This document shows, piece after piece, positions 6,679-12,756 of a stretch of DNA of 12,756 nt. A program made the position numbers and the translations under genes. Source of the stretch: Fidelibacterota bacterium (GTDB lineage Bacteria; Fidelibacterota; Marinisomatia; Marinisomatales; TCS56). Under the pieces are notes generated by a model, which ran no database searches, was not told the origin of the DNA, and saw nothing but the letters and a program-made list of their open reading frames with translations. The stretch's first letter is position 1; the number at the start of each line of letters is the position of its first letter. The DNA lies in assembly GCA_043822705.1 (NCBI GenBank), contig JBDRBK010000064.1:1-12756 (forward strand), in the 5' to 3' direction.

Positions 6679-7539
6679 ATGAAAAGACACTGTGCCTTTA
6701 AGGTTTTAACTATATTTTTTATTTGTTTTCTTTCGATTGGTCAAGCCCAGACTAAACCGGTGGTGGCCTTTATTGATTTTTTCAACAATACCCCGATTGA
6801 TGTCTTGACCAAGAAACTACCGGAATACTCCGAAACTATGACGACGATGATCGAGCAAATCGGCAAAGTGGAAATACGAACCGCCGCCGATATCGAGTTT
6901 ATCAATCAATTACGGGATGAATTGCAACTTGGCGTTACCAGTGAAGACGACCCGGTTGTTAAATTATTGAATCTGCCAAAGGACAAATTCGGTACGCTGC
7001 TGCAACAGGGCGCCGATTTCCTGGGCTTCGGCGTGTGGATGTCCAACGATAACATGATTTTCAAGGGCGCCAGCATCAGCCTGACCATGTTTCTAGTGGA
7101 CGTGGAAACCCGGGAAACGATTACCGTGACCCAGGCCATCGACAACGACGCACTGCCGATCGGGCGCAATCCGATCCTTGACCCCCCGGCCCTGGATTAC
7201 ATGGATGAACTGTTCGCCGGGATGGCCGAGGAATTGTCCTATTCCCTGACCCTGCCGCGGGAGGAGTGGGATTTTCGTTATGAAATCATACAGCTCGAAA
7301 ACGACGCCAAGGGTCGCCGTAACGGTAAAAAAATGACTGTAATTGGCGTCGGCATGCTGGCCTTTACCCAGTTCATCGGCGCTCTGGTGGACGTCACTTT
7401 TCTACAGGTGCTGGCCTTTGACGGATATTCCTTCGTGATCTACCTGGGCTTGCGCGACATTTACATCGGCAAGGATATCGGCAAGCGGGTAGAGCGCCTG
7501 AAAAAAGCTTATCGGCTGCAATACGACACCAAGATATAG
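6679..7539 (+). CDS. Hypothetical exported protein: CsgG/TolB-N-like domain plus C-terminal hydrophobic hairpin
   Basis: Start reassigned to ATG 6679 (GGAGG at 6670-6674), with a signal peptide ending GQA-Q. Motifs VVAFIDFFN, GADFLGFG and LVDVETRE. Two C-terminal hydrophobic segments flanked by charged helices. Confidence 0.7.
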   Translation: MKRHCAFKVLTIFFICFLSIGQAQTKPVVAFIDFFNNTPIDVLTKKLPEYSETMTTMIEQIGKVEIRTAADIEFINQLRDELQLGVTSEDDPVVKLLNLPKDKFGTLLQQGADFLGFGVWMSNDNMIFKGASISLTMFLVDVETRETITVTQAIDNDALPIGRNPILDPPALDYMDELFAGMAEELSYSLTLPREEWDFRYEIIQLENDAKGRRNGKKMTVIGVGMLAFTQFIGALVDVTFLQVLAFDGYSFVIYLGLRDIYIGKDIGKRVERLKKAYRLQYDTKI

Positions 7540-7548
7540 GAGTATACC

Positions 7549-8478
7549 ATGAGAAAAACAGCATTATTCATCCTGTCAGTCGTATTGATCTTTTCGATGA
7601 CAACCTTCGCCCAGCCGGACCTGCAACAGATCACCGAGACCGAGCAGACACTGGAAATGTTCGGCCTGACGACGGCGGCAGTCCAGGGCAAACAGGTCGT
7701 GGCTACCGGTGCCTTCGGGCGACGGACCGAAGAATTCTCGCCCCTGGTCAAGAAAATGGCCGACCGCTTCGGCGAGCAGCTTTTCGGCCAATTCGACAAC
7801 GAAAAGAACCGCAAAGAGCTTTCCGATTACCTGAAAGGGTTTCTGTCCAATTCCAGCATTTTCGCCGTGGCGGAAGTGGACCAGCGGCGATTGGGTTTGC
7901 TCAGCGAGGAGTTCGCCGCGGTCGAAATGGGTACCGCTAAATTCGCCGACATGAAGGAACGGGGTCAGTATCTGGCTTTGAATTACCTGATTAAACCGGA
8001 TATCGCCTTTGGCAAGAATGGCGAAAATATGCTGGCCGCCGACCTGATCGATATGAAAACCGGTGAACGTTACACCGCCATCGTCGGCAAGCGCGGCTAT
8101 CAGATTTCCAACCTGCAGATGGCTATGCGTCTCTCCACCAACTTGGAAGAAATAATCCAGGCCGGCAGCCCGGAAGAGCGCAAAATGCTGTACGAAATCC
8201 AACGCGCCGAAGCGGCCTGTGACAATGTTAATCTGGACACCAAGATTCTGATGGTCACCGCTGCTTCCTGTTATGCCGGCGGTGCCCTGATTGGTATCGC
8301 GAAGGGAGGTTTCAGCGGCTGGTTCTTCGGGGCGATATTCTCCGGTGGCCTGAGCGGTGTCGGTTGGTGGGCCTATATGAAATACAAGGATCTGTACGAT
8401 CTCGAGCGGGCCAATCTCAAGCGGCTGACAGACGAGTACAATACTAAATTCAATAAAAAACGCCCGCTCTACTACTGA
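7549..8478 (+). CDS. Hypothetical exported protein: CsgG/TolB-N-like domain plus Gly-rich hydrophobic hairpin
   Basis: AGGAG RBS overlaps the upstream TAG; signal peptide ends TFA-Q. Motifs GQYLALNYLI and LIDMKTGE. C-terminal AGGALIGIAKGGFSGWFFGAIFSGGLSGVGWW followed by a charged helix. Confidence 0.7.
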   Translation: MRKTALFILSVVLIFSMTTFAQPDLQQITETEQTLEMFGLTTAAVQGKQVVATGAFGRRTEEFSPLVKKMADRFGEQLFGQFDNEKNRKELSDYLKGFLSNSSIFAVAEVDQRRLGLLSEEFAAVEMGTAKFADMKERGQYLALNYLIKPDIAFGKNGENMLAADLIDMKTGERYTAIVGKRGYQISNLQMAMRLSTNLEEIIQAGSPEERKMLYEIQRAEAACDNVNLDTKILMVTAASCYAGGALIGIAKGGFSGWFFGAIFSGGLSGVGWWAYMKYKDLYDLERANLKRLTDEYNTKFNKKRPLYY

Positions 8479-8480
8479 GG

Positions 8481-9593
8481 ATGCACAATAAATTGACCTG
8501 GCTCGGAGCCGTGATCATGCTGGTCGCGGCTCTTGGCGGCCAGACGCAGACGGTTATCGGTGAAGGGTTGGCGACGACCAGAGAGGCGGCGCTGACGGCT
8601 GCCAAGCGCGATGCCGTGGAAAAAGGCATCGGCGTCATCATTGCCAGCGAGACACTGGTCAAAAATGCGATGGTGGCAGAAGACCGGATTCTCAGCAAAG
8701 CGAATGGTTTTGTAAAAACCTGGGAGGAAATTTCAGCCAGTGAGACCAGCGACGGTCTCTGGGAAGTAAAAATATCGGCCGTGGTTACCGATATTCTCGA
8801 CGAGGTCGTCAAGGATCAACTGGCATTGGATCTGCTGCTGGACTGGCTGCGCAATCCGCGCTTTATGGTAATGATCGACGAGTTAAATGTGGACGACCCC
8901 AAATCCGCTGTTGCCGAAACCGAAATCGGCCGGGTCATGGGCCAGAAGGGTTTCGATATCATCAGTCCGACCCAATCCGAGGCGCTACGGCAACGGAACG
9001 TCAACCTGGCGGAAATTCAGAGCGATCCCAATGCCGTGATCGCGCTGGCCAACGAATTCGGGGCGGAGTATATCGTGACCGGAACCGCCCGCGCCAACGC
9101 CATCACCCATGCCATGCTGGGCTCGAGCTTTTCCGGCCAGGGAAATATTACCGCCCAGGTGATCCGGGCCGACAATGCCCAGATTCTCGCCCAGGAAACA
9201 TTTCACGGCAAGGCAATTCATGTAGATCAGCACACGGCCGGGATGTACTCCCTGAAGGATGCCGCCGAACAGCTCAGCAATTTCCTGATCAGCGAATCGA
9301 TACGGCGCTGGTCGCTGGAACAATCCAATGCCAGACCATTGGATATCACACTGACCGGTATCAATTTCGGCCAACGAAAACAGTTTATCGAGTTCCTGGA
9401 AACCAGCCTGAACGGAATAGCCGGGGTGGATCGGCCGGCGTTCATAGCAGGCGTTCTGACCCTGCGGGTCCGGTTTACCGGAACCGGCGAGGAATTTGCC
9501 GACGCTATTTATGGTTGCGATTTCGGCAGCTTTACCATCGAAGTTCACGAAGTAACGGCCAATAAAGTCGTTCTGCAGGCAATGAATAAATAA
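8481..9593 (+). CDS. Exported FlgT-N/LPP20-like multidomain protein
   Basis: Signal peptide. The N-domain GEG.A..REAAL..AKRDAVEKG.GV.I.SETLV.N....D.I.SKANGFV...WEVKISAVV is FlgT-N/LPP20-like. The middle domain PRFMVMI...FGAEYIVTG is CsgG-like alpha/beta, followed by a small C-terminal alpha/beta domain. Confidence 0.7.
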   Translation: MHNKLTWLGAVIMLVAALGGQTQTVIGEGLATTREAALTAAKRDAVEKGIGVIIASETLVKNAMVAEDRILSKANGFVKTWEEISASETSDGLWEVKISAVVTDILDEVVKDQLALDLLLDWLRNPRFMVMIDELNVDDPKSAVAETEIGRVMGQKGFDIISPTQSEALRQRNVNLAEIQSDPNAVIALANEFGAEYIVTGTARANAITHAMLGSSFSGQGNITAQVIRADNAQILAQETFHGKAIHVDQHTAGMYSLKDAAEQLSNFLISESIRRWSLEQSNARPLDITLTGINFGQRKQFIEFLETSLNGIAGVDRPAFIAGVLTLRVRFTGTGEEFADAIYGCDFGSFTIEVHEVTANKVVLQAMNK

Positions 9594-9628
9594 TTTCAAC
9601 AGCAAGAGAAAAAACGAGAGGGAAATCC

Positions 9629-10573
9629 ATGAACAAAACCAAAATAGGACTGCTGCTTCTGTCCGCCTGCCTACTGGCACTGTGGGGCTGCGGCGGCAAG
9701 GCAATGATCACCGGCTTTGATTTTGCCGGTTATAAGAGCAATTTGGACCAGGTCTCCAAACAGCATATTGCCGTCAACAACCCCAAGGATCTGCAAAATT
9801 CGATCGTCAAGAAAGTGGCGATTTCCGAGTTTAACCTGGAATTTTTGGTTGACCTTGAGAATGAGAGTCTCCATAAACAACTGGTGGATGAATGCTATAA
9901 TATTTTTGTGAACGAGGTGTCCGCTGCCACCGGTTGGGAGTTTGCGCCCAAGGATTCAGTAATCGCCAGCCCGGTTTACCAATCCATGAATAAGCAGGAT
10001 CGAATAGAAGGTGGCGGCTATCAGAAAAAAGGCGGTTATGCCTATACCACCGACACCGTGATCTACCCGCCCACCGGAATGGGTATCCTGAAAATAGAAG
10101 CGGCCAAAGGATTGAAGGCCCTGAAGGGCGCCTTCAAGGGTATGGGTAATGTTAATAAGGAAGCGGGCGTACTGGATGACGTTGGTGCGGATGCTGCATT
10201 CAAGATCCATGTGATTGCCTTTATCCATGATGATAAGAAGGTTAAAAATGACATCCGGGCCTGTATTACGCCCGGTGTTGCCGGTTTGGCCTCTACTTCA
10301 AAAACCGAATTACACCTGGGTGTAAACAAAGGTCCGGGTGGATTGATCGGCGTCGAAGGTCCCGACGGTGTTAAATATGTCTATAGTTACAAAGGAATGA
10401 CATCTTTCACGCTGATAAGCGACAAAAAGAACCCCGGTCGGATCATATCGTCTATTAATTGCAAACCGGAAAAAGGCAGAGGAATTCTAATTAAGGAATT
10501 CATGGATGGCTACAAGGAAGCTTTTACTGCTTATTCCAAAATGGTAGGGCAACAGATTAAATTAAACATGTAG
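9629..10573 (+). CDS. Hypothetical lipoprotein
   Basis: GAGGGA RBS. Basic N-terminus, hydrophobic core and lipobox LWG-C. 314 aa, Lys/Gly-rich. Confidence 0.75.
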   Translation: MNKTKIGLLLLSACLLALWGCGGKAMITGFDFAGYKSNLDQVSKQHIAVNNPKDLQNSIVKKVAISEFNLEFLVDLENESLHKQLVDECYNIFVNEVSAATGWEFAPKDSVIASPVYQSMNKQDRIEGGGYQKKGGYAYTTDTVIYPPTGMGILKIEAAKGLKALKGAFKGMGNVNKEAGVLDDVGADAAFKIHVIAFIHDDKKVKNDIRACITPGVAGLASTSKTELHLGVNKGPGGLIGVEGPDGVKYVYSYKGMTSFTLISDKKNPGRIISSINCKPEKGRGILIKEFMDGYKEAFTAYSKMVGQQIKLNM

Positions 10574-10586
10574 GCGCTTATTCAAG

Positions 10587-10628
10587 CTGATAATAAAAAC
10601 CCGGCTGCGGCCGGGTTTTTATTATCAG
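10587..10628. terminator. Bidirectional intrinsic terminator (perfect 19-bp inverted repeat)
   Basis: CTGATAATAAAAACCCGGC-TGCG-GCCGGGTTTTTATTATCAG. Confidence 0.85.
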
Positions 10629-10662
10629 GTTTTTAATGGTTATATCAGGTTTCTGATGATTG
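10623..10662. repeat. Imperfect 20-bp tandem direct repeat
   Basis: TATCAGGTTTTTAATGGTTA / TATCAGGTTTCTGATGATTG, 16/20 identical with the first 10 nt exact. Confidence 0.6.
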
Positions 10663-10843
10663 TGGCAAATCCAACCACTATTTAATTTTCCGTATTATAA
10701 TCGAATGCAACTATGTTAATCACTGGTATTATTTAGATTATGGTGCTCTTCTACCCTTACGAAACAGATTGTCCCAACAAATCGGCATCGCTGGCATATA
10801 AATTGAAAATAGAATAGTAGATTTTAATCGCACGGGAGTAAAA

Positions 10844-12076
10844 ATGCGCAAATCAATAATCATCGCAGTAACTGTCCTTATGGCGGCCTGCAGCAACGAA
10901 TCCACGGGACCGGACCAGACACCAAAACAAATCAGGGCCCTGACGGCCAAGGAACAGGCCCTGGTACAAGCCAATCAGTCTTTCAGCTTCAATCTGCTTA
11001 AAGCGGTTTCGACGACGGACCAATCAGACAATATTTTCATTTCACCGTTGAGCGTATCCATGGCTTTGGGGATGACAATGAACGGAGCCAGCGGCCAAAC
11101 CTACGACGATATGAAAACCGCCCTGGAATTTGCCGGATTGACCGAAGCCGAAATCAACCGTTCATACCAGTCGTTGATGGAATTATTGACAACAATCGAT
11201 CCGGATGTGACCATGGAAATTGCCAACTCGATCTGGGTCAGGGAAGGTTTCCCCGCGGAAGTAACATTTATCGACACCAACCGGCATTATTTCAGCGCAG
11301 AGGTCGGCGAACGTGATTTTGGCGACCCGGCCACGATAGCTGAAATCAATGCCTGGGTGGCGGATAACACTAACAATAAAATCCAGGAAATCCTCACGGT
11401 AATTCCTCCGGCAGCGGTGATGTATTTGATTAATGCTATTTATTACAAAGCAATCTGGCAGTATGAATTCGATGAAAAATACACCGGCAGCGCAAATTTT
11501 TATGTCACCCCGGAAAACCCTGTGTCGGTAGACATGATGCTGCTGACCGCCGACTTGAATTATTTTACAGACGACCGGGTGCAGGTGGTGGAATTGAATT
11601 ATGGTTGCGGAAATTATACCATGACGATATTTCTGCCTAAACTGCCGCTGGACATCAATGAGTTTCTAAATGATTTGACGGCCGAGCAGCTGGATTATTA
11701 TTTATCCAATCTGGAGGAAAAAACCGGGACTGTCCGGCTGCCGAGACTGAAAACAGCGTATAAACTGACGCTGAATGATGTTCTGATCCAGCTTGGAATG
11801 GGAATCGCTTTCAGCGATCAGGCCGACTTCACGCGCATTAATCCGGGCGGTAATTTGTTCATCAGCCGGGTGCTGCATAAAACTTTTGTTCAGATTGATG
11901 AAGAGGGCACCGAAGCAGCGGCGGTGACAGCGGTAGAGGTTTCATTAACATCAGTCGGACCAGACGTAGATTTCAGCCTGAATGTTAACCGTCCCTATAT
12001 TTTCCTGATTCGCGAGCAGCAAACCGGCGCCATTCTATTCACGGGGAAAATACATGGACCGGTTTGGGAAGATTAA
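10844..12076 (+). CDS. Serpin (serine protease inhibitor), lipoprotein
   Basis: GGGAG RBS and lipobox MAA-C. Motifs NIFISPLSVSMAL, IANSIW, INAWV...TNNKI, LINAIYYKAIW, hinge HKTFVQIDEEGTEAAAVT and VNRPYIFLIRE..TGAILFTGKI. Confidence 0.97.
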   Translation: MRKSIIIAVTVLMAACSNESTGPDQTPKQIRALTAKEQALVQANQSFSFNLLKAVSTTDQSDNIFISPLSVSMALGMTMNGASGQTYDDMKTALEFAGLTEAEINRSYQSLMELLTTIDPDVTMEIANSIWVREGFPAEVTFIDTNRHYFSAEVGERDFGDPATIAEINAWVADNTNNKIQEILTVIPPAAVMYLINAIYYKAIWQYEFDEKYTGSANFYVTPENPVSVDMMLLTADLNYFTDDRVQVVELNYGCGNYTMTIFLPKLPLDINEFLNDLTAEQLDYYLSNLEEKTGTVRLPRLKTAYKLTLNDVLIQLGMGIAFSDQADFTRINPGGNLFISRVLHKTFVQIDEEGTEAAAVTAVEVSLTSVGPDVDFSLNVNRPYIFLIREQQTGAILFTGKIHGPVWED

Positions 12077-12100
12077 TAGATTGAAAAATGTTCTCAATTG

Positions 12101-12127
12101 AAAAGCCCGACTTAAATCGGGCTTTTT
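12101..12127. terminator. Bidirectional intrinsic terminator between the convergent serpin and TolC genes
   Basis: AAAAGCCCGA-CTTAAA-TCGGGCTTTTT. Confidence 0.85.
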
Positions 12128-12177
12128 AATAATGGCGGCAATAAACCAGCGTTGCCGGGTGGTTTCAAAAACGGAGA

Positions 12178-12756
12178 TTAGAGCAAACGACCGCCAAGCT
12201 GCAGCAGTTTTAATTCATATAGCCGTGCGGCGTAACGGGCTCGGGTTATCGCCAGTTTGGTGCGCACCAGATTGAGTTGGGCCTCCCGGTACTGGAGTGC
12301 CGTGATCTGTCCCAGCCGGAACATTTCCCTGGTCCGGTCGAAATTCAGTTCGGCAAATTCCAGTGTTTTCAGCTCACTTTCCAGCGTGATCAGGCTGTTT
12401 TCATAGGCGGAGTGATACGAGGCCACATCGCGCTCGATATTCAGACGCATATCGGCTTGTCGTAGTTCGGCGTTTTTTACGTTGATTTTAGCATTCTGCA
12501 CCTGCGTTTTTTTGTTGCCGCCATTGAACAAATTCCAACTCAGACTGAAATTATGGGTCAGGGCACTGTTGGAGTTGTCGAGGCCGATATCCCAATCCCG
12601 CGCCGTCTGATCATAACCATAGGAGGCGGTATAGTTGATCTGGGGCAAAAAGCTCGACTGGCTGGACTTGAGGTTCAGCAGTGACAGTTCCAGCGTGCTG
12701 CCGGTCAGGTTCAAAGAGCCGTTGTCGGACAGCGCCTGTTCGCGCAACTCCGCCTG
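12178..12756 (-). CDS. TolC-family outer-membrane efflux protein, C-terminal part (5' end outside window)
   Basis: The frame is open to the window edge. FLPQINYTASY, SLSWNLFNGG and AELNFDRTREMFRLGQIT...EAQ are typical of the second OEP repeat. Confidence 0.88.
   Translation of the reverse strand, partial: QAELREQALSDNGSLNLTGSTLELSLLNLKSSQSSFLPQINYTASYGYDQTARDWDIGLDNSNSALTHNFSLSWNLFNGGNKKTQVQNAKINVKNAELRQADMRLNIERDVASYHSAYENSLITLESELKTLEFAELNFDRTREMFRLGQITALQYREAQLNLVRTKLAITRARYAARLYELKLLQLGGRLL

Noticed and set aside
8481..9593. Calling this gene flgT, or the neighbours csgG
   Set aside because: The resemblance is only at fold or motif level, no flagellar or curli genes are nearby, and the CsgG-like proteins lack a lipobox.
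7576..9704. Long antisense ORFs (7576-8202, 8985-9704) and the other short overlapping ORFs in the track
   Set aside because: They fully overlap well-supported genes, have no recognisable motifs, and are expected shadows of codon bias.
10740..10817. 25-codon ORF (MVLFYPYETDC...) upstream of the serpin as a leader peptide
   Set aside because: No RBS, no attenuator structure and no biased codon run.
1..12756. CRISPR array, IS/transposase, integrase, tRNA or rRNA
   Set aside because: No regularly spaced repeats, terminal inverted repeats with a transposase, or cloverleaf/rRNA signatures were seen.

Overview
A bacterial window, standard genetic code. It is probably from a diderm organism and possibly FCB-group-like, inferred from lipoproteins, a beta-barrel OMP, TolC and a lipoprotein serpin. 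Left (64-2841, +): a tight four-gene sulfur operon encoding a two-Cys sulfide:quinone oxidoreductase-like flavoprotein, a DUF1641 protein, a single-Cys TusE/DsrC-family sulfur carrier and a DsrE2-like protein. Next come a membrane-anchored 3D-domain protein, a secreted CsgG/TolB-N-like protein with GxQxGLxN repeats (-), a possible C/U-rich sRNA, mutM (-) and a small beta-barrel OMP. At 6679-10573 (+) lies an uncharacterised four-gene envelope operon behind a roughly 260-nt, highly base-pairable leader. It encodes two architectural paralogues (CsgG-like domain plus C-terminal hydrophobic hairpin), a FlgT/LPP20-like protein and a lipoprotein. The window ends with an inhibitory-type lipoprotein serpin converging on a partial TolC-family gene. 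No mobile element, CRISPR array, tRNA or rRNA was seen. All family calls come from reading motifs by eye; no searches were run.
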